IMG/VR virus record: IMGVR_UViG_3300031555_001437
Strand: one strand, 5' to 3'
DNA length: 64,000 nt
Source: a virus
Taxonomy: Duplodnaviria; Caudoviricetes
Shown here: one piece after another, positions 9,790 to 17,106 of the stretch
How positions within the stretch are numbered: the stretch's first letter is position 1
Layout of the letters: each line of letters begins with the position of its first letter
Program-made: the position numbers and the translations under genes
The notes under the pieces: generated by a model
Told to the model about the DNA's origin: nothing
The model's database searches: none
The model's input: the letters and a program-made list of their open reading frames with translations, nothing else

Positions 9790-10119
9790 TTATCCTTCTT
9801 CTCCAAGTTCCATGTGTTGCCAACAGCTTTCGCAATACCTATTACCATCTGTCGTTTTGATATAATCCCCTAAAATCCATTCATCGCACGAGTCGCACAC
9901 AAAAGCATCTGCATATGCTCCACCACAATGTGGGCAGCCATATCGTTGTTCATATGGCGGAGTATCCAGTCCATGTGTCTCGACGTATATCTTTGGTTCT
10001 CGGAACCTACTTAAGCAATCTAAGCATACATACATTTTGTCACTCCTTGTTTCATTTTGTTGTGTACATATTATATCATACATTGTTAAATTTGTCAATA
10101 TATGTATGTTATTATTCAC
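9790..10119 (-). CDS. Zinc-ribbon protein
   Basis: CLDC, CPHCGG, CDSC, CESC; true start likely MYVCLDC, downstream of the promoter at 10070-10098. Confidence 0.6.
   Translation of the reverse strand: MNNNIHILTNLTMYDIICTQQNETRSDKMYVCLDCLSRFREPKIYVETHGLDTPPYEQRYGCPHCGGAYADAFVCDSCDEWILGDYIKTTDGNRYCESCWQHMELGEEG
10070..10098 (-). promoter_or_regulatory. Sigma-A promoter
   Basis: TTGACA-17bp-TATAAT, followed by the ACACAACAAAATGA repeat. Confidence 0.8.
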
Positions 10120-10160
10120 AATTTGTTTACAAAAAGGACGATGTTACTCGTCCTGTGTTG

Positions 10161-10907
10161 TTAGCTTATATGGAGAAGTTTACTCCACGTAGCAAAGCCG
10201 ATTGCTCCATCTATCGTTAAGCCATGTGTCTTTTGAAACTTTCTTATTGCAGCATCGGTATTTTTGCCGCATAGACCGTCTTGCTCTACGCCCAATAATC
10301 TTTGCGCAAGCTTTGTAGCGTTCTTATATTTATAGAAAAGTCTCCTTTTAATTACGCATTGTTGCATAATTTTTTTGGTCTCATCGCCGAATTTGCCGTC
10401 ACATCCGAATTTAGGAAACTTAAATCCATCAGCCGTTGCAGCTCTTTGGAATGATAATATTGGGTTTTCTTTGCCATCTTTAACGATAGACTCAAACGGA
10501 AATAACTTGCCTGGGCAATCTGTCTGCATGAGATCTCTGTGCCCAACAACTTGGTATATGTTGTATTTCTTTTTTAGATATGACACTAACCATCTGCCCG
10601 CCTCTATTTGCGCTTGTGGCATTATCTCTTTGTTATATCTTCCCTCAAAACATATACCAAGACTTGTTGAGTTATATCCTTTTGCGTGAGACCCTATTGC
10701 GTCATCTGGTCTACCTTTGAATATCTTACCTTGTTTGTTTACGAAATAGTGGTAACCAATTCCACTCCAGCCATTTTGGATATGCCACCAGTTGATGTCT
10801 TTTGCGGAGCAAGTAGATGCATCGGCATGATGTAAAACTATCATATTAATAGTATTCCTCTTTGCTAAAGCTCCAGCCCAATCATATTTTACTTCTTGAA
10901 TTTCCAT
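10161..10907 (-). CDS. N-acetylmuramoyl-L-alanine amidase (Amidase_2) with C-terminal peptidoglycan-binding domain
   Basis: IVLHHA, GWSGIGYHY, GSHAKGYN, GHRD..TDCPG; C-terminal DG..G..T..AI.KFQK..GL..DG. Confidence 0.92.
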   Translation of the reverse strand: MEIQEVKYDWAGALAKRNTINMIVLHHADASTCSAKDINWWHIQNGWSGIGYHYFVNKQGKIFKGRPDDAIGSHAKGYNSTSLGICFEGRYNKEIMPQAQIEAGRWLVSYLKKKYNIYQVVGHRDLMQTDCPGKLFPFESIVKDGKENPILSFQRAATADGFKFPKFGCDGKFGDETKKIMQQCVIKRRLFYKYKNATKLAQRLLGVEQDGLCGKNTDAAIRKFQKTHGLTIDGAIGFATWSKLLHIS

Positions 10908-10951
10908 GTAAAATCACGCTCCCAGTATAATTCATTTTGTTGTGTAAAATT

Positions 10952-10980
10952 ATTATACCAGGAGCGAATTAAATCGTCAA
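10952..10980 (-). promoter_or_regulatory. Sigma-A promoter of the amidase, flanked by two repeat copies
   Basis: TTGACG-17bp-TATAAT; repeat copies at about 10932 and 10982. Confidence 0.7.
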
Positions 10981-11098
10981 TTCATTTTGTTGTGTGCTCT
11001 AATTTTGCGCAGTTCTCTTTCAAGCTTTGCCACGATGTTACCGTTATCTGCCTTTCTTGACTGCAGTAGTGCGATACGATTGATAATCATCTGTTCTC

Positions 11099-11800
11099 TC
11101 ATGCCTTATTCTCCTTTGACATTGCCATTGCGCGAGCCATAATCTCAGCCTGCGTCTTAATGTACTCTTCTCTCTTTTGAGCCTTACGCTCTGCTCTCTT
11201 CTTTGCTGCCTTTGCAGCGTTCTCTTTTGCTACAGCCTCGTCTGCAATCTTCTGCTGCAGTGCTTTATCTTTCTTGTCTACAATATCAAGCGCATATTCA
11301 ATCACCTTGTTGTAGATTGAACTGCTACCCATCAGCTTCTTCGCAAGACAAATAGAGATGCCCTGTTCAATAGTAAACTTATCGTCGGGGTACAGGACTG
11401 CTTTCTCCTGCGTGCCATCTACGAACTTCACAATAACAACTCTATCGTTGTATGTGATAATATCTTTGATATCAGGCAGAAGATTCTTGGTTGCTTTTTT
11501 GAAACCATTGTCGTAAGTTGTGATTGAAATGTTGCGGCCATCGTGATGCATTGTAGACTTTACCTCGGGCGAGACGTCTGGCTGCTTAGGCGTTGTTGCA
11601 TCTTGAACGGCTTTCTTTAACTGGTCTTGGGTGACATAATTATCCCCTATGCTAATCGTCTCAGAAATGTACGAAGAGCATGAAGTCAAGCCGTCGCAAA
11701 CGTTGTATCCTGTGACTTTAGTAGCGGTTGCTGATACGGCTGAATCCCATGTAGTCTTATTACTCATATTTTTGTTCTCCTTTTTATTTTTTATCTGCAA
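11099..11800 (-). CDS. Hypothetical phage protein
   Basis: VIVKFVDG..KAV...DDKF..EQGISICLAKK conserved phage segment and coiled-coil tail. Confidence 0.6.
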   Translation of the reverse strand: MQIKNKKENKNMSNKTTWDSAVSATATKVTGYNVCDGLTSCSSYISETISIGDNYVTQDQLKKAVQDATTPKQPDVSPEVKSTMHHDGRNISITTYDNGFKKATKNLLPDIKDIITYNDRVVIVKFVDGTQEKAVLYPDDKFTIEQGISICLAKKLMGSSSIYNKVIEYALDIVDKKDKALQQKIADEAVAKENAAKAAKKRAERKAQKREEYIKTQAEIMARAMAMSKENKA

Positions 11801-12401
11801 ATAACCATTTATAACAGTCTGCCTTTGTCAGCCACGACACACCAAAGAAAAATAGCGCGATAGTTTCCATTAACCAGACTTGAATATCAAACGCGGGAAG
11901 TAGCAACAATCCAAACGATAGCACCATACCAATTCCGCAAATTCGATAAATGATATTTCTAATCTTCTTGTTTCTCGTCATATTTCCAGAGCTTTTTGTA
12001 AATTGGAAGAATGAATTATATGCCAAAATGCCAAAGAACAGAACAGCGCAGATGTAGTGTAATGTGTCGCTGATATGCATGGGAATTAAGAATGTGCCAA
12101 CCAGATCGTTTGCACTATATCCTGGCACCCAGCACGGGAATAGACAAATGCCAAGTCCACAGATTCCAGCACAGGTGTTTAAAATGTCATCCACGATGTC
12201 ATAGCCTTTGTAGCACATCAGCAAAATGCCAGCGGCGCCTAAAATAATCATAAACGGAGTACATGCATTTGTATACCATGTCGCAGAGATAGATGTAGGC
12301 CACATAAATACGGCGTTACATAGTTGCAGGAGTACGACAATCCATGGCAGCGCCCATCCAAGCCATCCGATTGCGCATCTTAATCTTGTTGTGTTAATCA
12401 T
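11784..12401 (-). CDS. Multi-pass membrane protein (DUF998-like)
   Basis: About 6 hydrophobic helices; SISA..Y, LHY..A..FF and E..AL..FG.SWL.K. Confidence 0.65.
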   Translation of the reverse strand: MINTTRLRCAIGWLGWALPWIVVLLQLCNAVFMWPTSISATWYTNACTPFMIILGAAGILLMCYKGYDIVDDILNTCAGICGLGICLFPCWVPGYSANDLVGTFLIPMHISDTLHYICAVLFFGILAYNSFFQFTKSSGNMTRNKKIRNIIYRICGIGMVLSFGLLLLPAFDIQVWLMETIALFFFGVSWLTKADCYKWLFADKK

Positions 12402-12432
12402 AAAACTGTCTCCTTATATTGTTCAATAAGTA

Positions 12433-12507
12433 TGGTCGAGATGACAGGAATCGAACCTGCTTGATCTAGTTCCCAAAACTAGCGCGTAGCCAATACGCTA
12501 CATCTCG
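12433..12507 (-). tRNA. tRNA-Pro(TGG)
   Basis: Cloverleaf CGAGATG...CATCTCG-ACCA; anticodon arm CTAGT-TTTGGGA-ACTAG. Confidence 0.93.
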
Positions 12508-12510
12508 ATA

Positions 12511-12586
12511 TGGCTGGGAGTACTGGATTTGAACCAGTGTAATGCGGCAGTCAAAGTGCCGTGCCTTGCCTCTTGGCGAACTCCCA
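12511..12586 (-). tRNA. tRNA-Gln(TTG)
   Basis: Anticodon arm CGGCA-CTTTGAC-TGCCG; T loop TTCAAAT; CCA end. Confidence 0.93.
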
Positions 12587-12589
12587 ATG

Positions 12590-13270
12590 TTGAATGGTGA
12601 TTTTTAACTATTTCTAGAGGTCAACCACCTTAACCTTGTTGTCTGCGCCAACAGACAACGAAAGGACTTTATATGACGAACATTGACGCGCCCAACAACC
12701 GCTAATGATAAGTAGCGATACGGTATTTTTAGATGCTCCGCAGCCTCAAATAATGTGAACCCGACCTTTTATGTGTCGTATATCGGGTAACGACTATCCC
12801 TGTTGTTGGCTTTTGCCCTTGTCGGGCTAACTTGTAGTTCAATATGGTTCACCGCTCCATATCAGTTCTCTTATGAACTTCTCAATCTGCGACTTTCATC
12901 TCATATTTATTACCCGCATTCGATGTTGTCTGTTCTTATGAATGATTGAGTTCTGCACTTTCAACCGCCAGTCGTTTGCGGTTTACGCTACTTTTAAAGC
13001 CGTGCGATTGCAACATACTTGTCTAACGTTGGGCCGTTCATCTCACTCCGTTACCACAGCTCTTATCACCTATCCGTTTATCAGCTTACGTATTTTTTAA
13101 TTATTAACCACTTCTCACAAAACGGCGTCGGCTTCGTGGCACCCAACTCTTGATTAGGCGCAAGAGAACGCCACTTTGGATGGGTTTTAGGTCTCCAGCC
13201 CGACTTTGAACTTTCTTGTTCTGGCAACCCAAGAGAAGGCTACGGGGAACATCCCCGTTCGACGCCAGGA
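12590..13270 (-). ncRNA. Large (~680 nt) structured ncRNA, GOLLD/ROOL-like candidate
   Basis: ORF-free stretch inside the tRNA cluster with many helices (GGCGTCG/CGACGCC, ACGGGGA/TCCCCGT, GTTGTCTG/CAGACAAC, GGTGGTT/AATCACC) and a pseudoknot. Confidence 0.7.
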
Positions 13271-13273
13271 GCT

Positions 13274-13388
13274 AGTCACTTTTAGATTGGATTCGAACCA
13301 ATGTCTCCAGTTTATCCGACTGGTGTTCTACCTCTAAACTACATCTCTAATTATTTGCAGAGACAACATGATATTGCTGTAAGTGACT
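13274..13388 (-). ncRNA. Circularly permuted tRNA-like RNA closed by an ACAGCAA stem (Y-RNA-like)
   Basis: AGTCACTT-ACAGCAA...TGTCTCT/AGAGATG hairpin, D arm, CCAGT-CGGATAA-ACTGG, ATTGG-TTCGAAT-CCAAT, then AAGTGACT. Confidence 0.75.
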
Positions 13389-13392
13389 ATTA

Positions 13393-13466
13393 TGGCAGGG
13401 GAGGAGAGGATTGAACTCCCAGTCGCGGTTTTGGAGACCGCTGGTTTACCATTAACCGACTCCCCT
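13393..13466 (-). tRNA. tRNA-Trp(CCA)
   Basis: Anticodon arm GCGGT-CTCCAAA-ACCGC; CCA end. Confidence 0.93.
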
Positions 13467-13472
13467 GTGTGA

Positions 13473-13548
13473 TGGTGTGCCCTGGGAGATTTGAACTCCC
13501 GACACCATGATTAAAAGTCATGTGATCTACCATCTGATCTAAGGGCAC
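13473..13548 (-). tRNA. tRNA-Lys(TTT)
   Basis: Anticodon arm CATGA-CTTTTAA-TCATG; CCA end. Confidence 0.93.
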
Positions 13549-13553
13549 ATATT

Positions 13554-13654
13554 TGGAGCGGAGTGACAATTTCAGTCATATTCGTACTTCTTAAGTTTCA
13601 AAAGAGTAACTATCCAGTCTACTTTCATAAGAAGCCAACTTATTAAGTTTCCGC
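13554..13654 (-). ncRNA. Degenerate tRNA-like RNA with extended central arm
   Basis: GCGGA...TCCGC-TCCA ends; hairpins AACTT/AAGTT, CTTCTTA/TAAGAAG and TGAC-7nt-GTCA; lacks canonical D and T loop residues. Confidence 0.5.
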
Positions 13655-13730
13655 TGGTACCACTTGAGAGACTCGAACTCCCGACACAAGGATTAGAAAT
13701 CCTTTGCTCTTCCGTCTGAGCTAAAGAGGC
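13655..13730 (-). tRNA. tRNA-Arg(TCT)
   Basis: Anticodon arm AAGGA-TTTCTAA-TCCTT; CCA end. Confidence 0.92.
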
Positions 13731-13733
13731 GTA

Positions 13734-13811
13734 TGGTCCTCGTGGGTGGGTTCGAACCACCGACCCTGCGCTTATAAGGCACAAGCTCTAACCAACTGAG
13801 CCTACACGAGG
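13734..13811 (-). tRNA. tRNA-Ile(TAT)
   Basis: Anticodon arm TGTGC-CTTATAA-GCGCA; acceptor CCTCGTG/CACGAGG-ACCA. Confidence 0.88.
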
Positions 13812-13814
13812 ATG

Positions 13815-13890
13815 TGGAGCAGCAGACGGGGCACGATCCCGCAACAATCAGTTTGGAAAACTGAGACTCTACCAATTGAGCTACTGCTGC
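13815..13890 (-). tRNA. tRNA-Gly(TCC) with atypical T loop
   Basis: Anticodon arm TCAGT-TTTCCAA-ACTGA; GCAGCAG/CTGCTGC-TCCA; T loop ATCGTGC. Confidence 0.88.
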
Positions 13891-13999
13891 ATAAACTTGG
13901 TGCTGGAAAGGCTGGCTAGTTCTTATGGTGCCCTGCAATTTAATACACTAACTGGGGATTATGTGTAACCTTTTTTACTTGCTTAAAACCAACATTATA

Positions 14000-14818
14000 T
14001 CAATCTTCAATTACTAATACATTTACCTTTTTGCTATACGCAGTACATGCGTCAATCGCAATAACACGTTCATCAACAAACGGCTCGAAAGATTTACTCC
14101 AATCTGCATGGGTCGGCTTCGGAAACTCTTTATACATTAGTTTCAAGTGCGACCAACCCCACGAACAGTGCCAGTGTCCACACACGATTTGCTTTGACGG
14201 CTCATACACATCGTACCGCCATGCAAGTTCCATGCCGTTAAACCATCTTGCGGTATTCCACTCAGACGCGTGAACTTCTCTCCAATTCGGATTATACTGA
14301 TACGTTCTGCCTTTACGATAGTGCGCTGGCATGTCTGTATTTGTCTCACAAGGAATGCTGCCATGGACAAACACATAATGCTCAGTCTCGTAATAATCAA
14401 TACTTGCAGGAATGAGAGTTTTGCAGAAATCAGAGTTTAAAACCTTAGAGACGAACTTATTTCGATTTCTCAGAGCCTCGGTCTCTGTCATGCCGCTAAG
14501 TTGCAGCGCACTGCTCCAAGTGCCGTTGCTGACATGATGAGAATAACCCCAGGCAATAGCATCTGCGTACTTGTCGAAACCATTAAGCATATCAAGCAAC
14601 AAATCTTCGTGATTGCCACGTATGAAAATTAGCTCGTCGCGGTTATACAAGTCCATCATGAAGTCTTGCATCTCCACAGACTCTAGACCCCTGTCAAGAG
14701 CATCGCCACAAATGATTAACTTCTTGGGGTCAGAGTCCGTGAAAAAGCCTTTATCGTCAAGAGCTTGTTTGAACTCACTGTAAAAGGAATGTACGTCTGA
14801 CGTTACATAATATTTCAT
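14000..14818 (-). CDS. Calcineurin-like metallophosphoesterase
   Basis: SDVH, GDALDRG, RGNHED, FVHG and GHWH motifs. Confidence 0.9.
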   Translation of the reverse strand: MKYYVTSDVHSFYSEFKQALDDKGFFTDSDPKKLIICGDALDRGLESVEMQDFMMDLYNRDELIFIRGNHEDLLLDMLNGFDKYADAIAWGYSHHVSNGTWSSALQLSGMTETEALRNRNKFVSKVLNSDFCKTLIPASIDYYETEHYVFVHGSIPCETNTDMPAHYRKGRTYQYNPNWREVHASEWNTARWFNGMELAWRYDVYEPSKQIVCGHWHCSWGWSHLKLMYKEFPKPTHADWSKSFEPFVDERVIAIDACTAYSKKVNVLVIED

Positions 14819-16350
14819 CTAATTGCCTCTTCTACTGCTCTATATCTTTCCGAATTCAGTTGCTCGAGCAAACACTCATACGGGTCAAGTTTACCCGACA
14901 TAACCATCTTCGCAACGTTTACAGAGAAACCACTGACAAGGGCTACTCCCAAATCATTCTGCTTAACAGGAATTGCGCCAGTTCTAGAATTAACATTCCA
15001 GAACACGAGCCTTGGGAGTTGATATCCATGTGCTGCGTATTTTTGAGCGATAGCGTCAAAGAGAGTGGCGGTCGGGCGAGAGCCTCTGCTGGAGTACCAA
15101 CTGGAAGACGTAGCTGGACCCATCGTTGCACATGAATCGAACTCCATGTCCGAAATGACCAGCACATTCGCAGGCATATCCCTCTGAGACATGTTGTTGT
15201 TAATAGCAGTCTGCAAAATCAAATCGAACGTTGCTTCGATATTAGTGTTTGCAACCTCGTTATGTCTACGTGCGATGGCAATCTTCTCTCTCAGAGTAGA
15301 AGCGCCGCTAAAATCAACCAGCTGAGGTCTGCTGCTAAAAGTAATGTACTTATCCTTGAACTCGCCAGAAGATCTCTCTGCGAAGTAAATTGCAAGTGCG
15401 TTAGCAACCTCAAGAGCAGTTACACCAGTGTTGCCGCCAACAGTACACTGCATACTACCTGAACCATCTGCAACTACGATTGTATTACCGCAACCCTGTA
15501 CAGTGTCTGGAAGAGCCTTCCACATAGCCTCGATACCTTTGTCTACACTGCGGCTATAAGCGTAAGAATGAACTAAGTCATGAGGAAACAGAACACTTGC
15601 ATTGATCTTTGCCTCGCCCTTTTCAAGCGCACCAAGATATGCTCTGCGTCTATCCTCGTCGTTGCGTAAGAACGCACCGTTGTAAATCAAGTTTGCACGG
15701 CTAGGAACGGCCTCATAGTCAATATCTCCCCACTGCTTTGCAGACATCTTTCGCTCTACAACATCAATGTAGTTGCGCATCTTAGACAGCATCTTACGAT
15801 ACTCCTTAGAAGACATACCAAGACCGTTGCGAATAATTTTTGCAAGACGCTTGGTTTCTGCGGAAGACGCGTTTTCGGACGGAGCCCATTTGCTACAGAG
15901 GGAAATTGACTCCTTGTTCTTCATCGCTTGCTTGTCTGCTGCAAGCTGTTCACGAATATGGACAATAATATCATCTTTAAGGCTAGTATCAAGCAGACAC
16001 CACAGGTCATCGTATCTGCCATACTCACTTACAAGTCTAATAACTGCCTTGATAATCTCTGGCTTCTCAGTAGCCAGATGCTTCATAACAATTCTGAACA
16101 GGCGTCTCTCGCCAATTCCCTGTCTTGCATCGCGGCAATAGAACAGCCACTTGATTGCGGTTACCTTGTCCTCATAATAAGCATCCATAAACTTGTTGAT
16201 GATTTGCTGCTCAGAAGCGCCTCTTAGAGAGGCCACAGCGAAATTCAAATCGAGCAACTTCTTACCAGTAGTTCGCCACGCTACCGCGCCGTTCTCTGTC
16301 AAAACCTTTTCATTGTTAAGTTCGTTTTTGATTGCGTTCATGAAACTCAT
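14815..16350 (-). CDS. DUF2828-family Ro60/TROVE-like helical protein with C-terminal vWA domain
   Basis: TENGA, RDAR.G.GERR.FR, EYGRYDDL, KWAPS, VPS.A, DGSGSM MIDAS motif, TFS, SDMEFD, FWNV, LVSGFS; RBS before MSFMNA. Confidence 0.85.
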   Translation of the reverse strand: MSFMNAIKNELNNEKVLTENGAVAWRTTGKKLLDLNFAVASLRGASEQQIINKFMDAYYEDKVTAIKWLFYCRDARQGIGERRLFRIVMKHLATEKPEIIKAVIRLVSEYGRYDDLWCLLDTSLKDDIIVHIREQLAADKQAMKNKESISLCSKWAPSENASSAETKRLAKIIRNGLGMSSKEYRKMLSKMRNYIDVVERKMSAKQWGDIDYEAVPSRANLIYNGAFLRNDEDRRRAYLGALEKGEAKINASVLFPHDLVHSYAYSRSVDKGIEAMWKALPDTVQGCGNTIVVADGSGSMQCTVGGNTGVTALEVANALAIYFAERSSGEFKDKYITFSSRPQLVDFSGASTLREKIAIARRHNEVANTNIEATFDLILQTAINNNMSQRDMPANVLVISDMEFDSCATMGPATSSSWYSSRGSRPTATLFDAIAQKYAAHGYQLPRLVFWNVNSRTGAIPVKQNDLGVALVSGFSVNVAKMVMSGKLDPYECLLEQLNSERYRAVEEAIR

Positions 16351-16388
16351 TTTGTTTTCCTCCAAAATTTCATTTATAATAACAATCC

Positions 16389-16744
16389 AAGACACATTAG
16401 GTTATATAGATTAAAAGTCTATTCCATTAAGATTGCTGTATGTGTCTTAAGATATAGTTGACATGCGAGACACCATAATGATATGCATACACGACATTTA
16501 CTGTCATGCAATTTTAAGCATGCCATTCGTCTTCAATATAGAGTGAACGGCAAGTTCCATTTACTATTATTTTCATCATTAAAATTGCTGTCGGTGTCTC
16601 TTTATCGAGATGCTATTAAACTATAAAATCATCATTCTTTAATTTCTTAGTAAATAACATTGCTGTTAGCATCTCTTTTTTAAACAAGGCACAATATAAT
16701 TTCATTCCCAGCAGAAATATGTATTAAGTTGCTGTGTGTGCCTT
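16389..16744 (-). repeat. Array of four stem-ACAGCAA-variable loop-stem small RNA units
   Basis: Units 16389-16448, 16467-16600, 16607-16675 and 16686-16744; each has an 8-9 bp covarying closing stem with ACAGCAA just 3' of the 5' strand. Confidence 0.8.
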
Positions 16745-16749
16745 TAAAG

Positions 16750-16876
16750 TGGTACGCGGACGATGAATCGAACATCGAACATTTAGTCCCCATCTTTCTG
16801 TGAAAATTGCGGTTAAGGTTTATGTCTAAACCCATTCACAATACTACTAACGCTCTACCAGTTGAGCTATCCGCGC
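16750..16876 (-). ncRNA. tRNA-like RNA with a ~58-nt module replacing the anticodon loop
   Basis: GCGCGGA/TCCGCGT-ACCA acceptor, canonical D and T arms, TTAGT/ACTAA stem enclosing GGTTTA-GACA-TAAACC-TTAACCGCAA. Confidence 0.78.
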
Positions 16877-16884
16877 ATATTAAG

Positions 16885-17002
16885 TGGGGGCTGCAAGACT
16901 CGAACTTGCGACCTCGGAGTTACCAGCTCAAATGTAAAATTGCAGTTTAAGATTTTGTCAAACCTCAATTATACGCGCTCTATCCAACTGAGCTAAGCCC
17001 CC
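16885..17002 (-). ncRNA. tRNA-like RNA (GGT anticodon) with a 44-nt insertion in the anticodon stem
   Basis: GGGGGCT/AGCCCCC acceptor; CG[insert]GAG-CTGGTAA-CTCCG; insert GAGGTTT-GACA-AAATCTT-AAACTGCAA; no encoded CCA. Confidence 0.78.
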
Positions 17003-17044
17003 ATATTCACGGCAGAACATTCATTCTGTCGTGTTTGCTTGTAT

Positions 17045-17073
17045 ATTATAACATAATTTACTTAATTTGTCAA
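17045..17073 (-). promoter_or_regulatory. Sigma-A promoter driving the small-RNA / DUF2828 / tRNA island
   Basis: TTGACA-17bp-TATAAT with extended -10 TG; repeat variant ACACGACAGAATGA just downstream. Confidence 0.82.
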
Positions 17074-17106
17074 GTGCTTTTGTAATCGTTTACAATTTAT
17101 TTACAA

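Noticed and set aside
12590-13270. tmRNA, RNase P RNA or an rRNA fragment
   Set aside because: No GGGG/TCCACCA tmRNA ends, no RNase P P4 signature, and no rRNA-conserved segments recognised
12433-13890. Stop-codon recoding or suppressor tRNAs
   Set aside because: No CTA, TTA or TCA anticodons; long genes are intact in code 11 and use TAA, TAG and TGA stops
13572-13938. Minus-strand ORFs of 70 and 81 aa
   Set aside because: They overlap clear tRNA genes
13898-13990. Two ...GCACCA ends resembling tRNA 3' termini
   Set aside because: No cloverleaf could be built upstream; at most remnants
16351-16395. ORF-track N-terminal extension of the DUF2828 protein
   Set aside because: The GGAGG RBS precedes MSFMNA at 16350, and the extension overlaps the RNA hairpin
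16389-16744. Possible CRISPR array
   Set aside because: Only 7 nt are invariant, the stems differ in sequence, unit lengths vary from about 60 to 135 nt, and no cas genes are present
16750-17002. Group I or group II introns in tRNAs
   Set aside because: Inserts are only 44-58 nt, far too short for self-splicing introns, and no bulge-helix-bulge motif was evident
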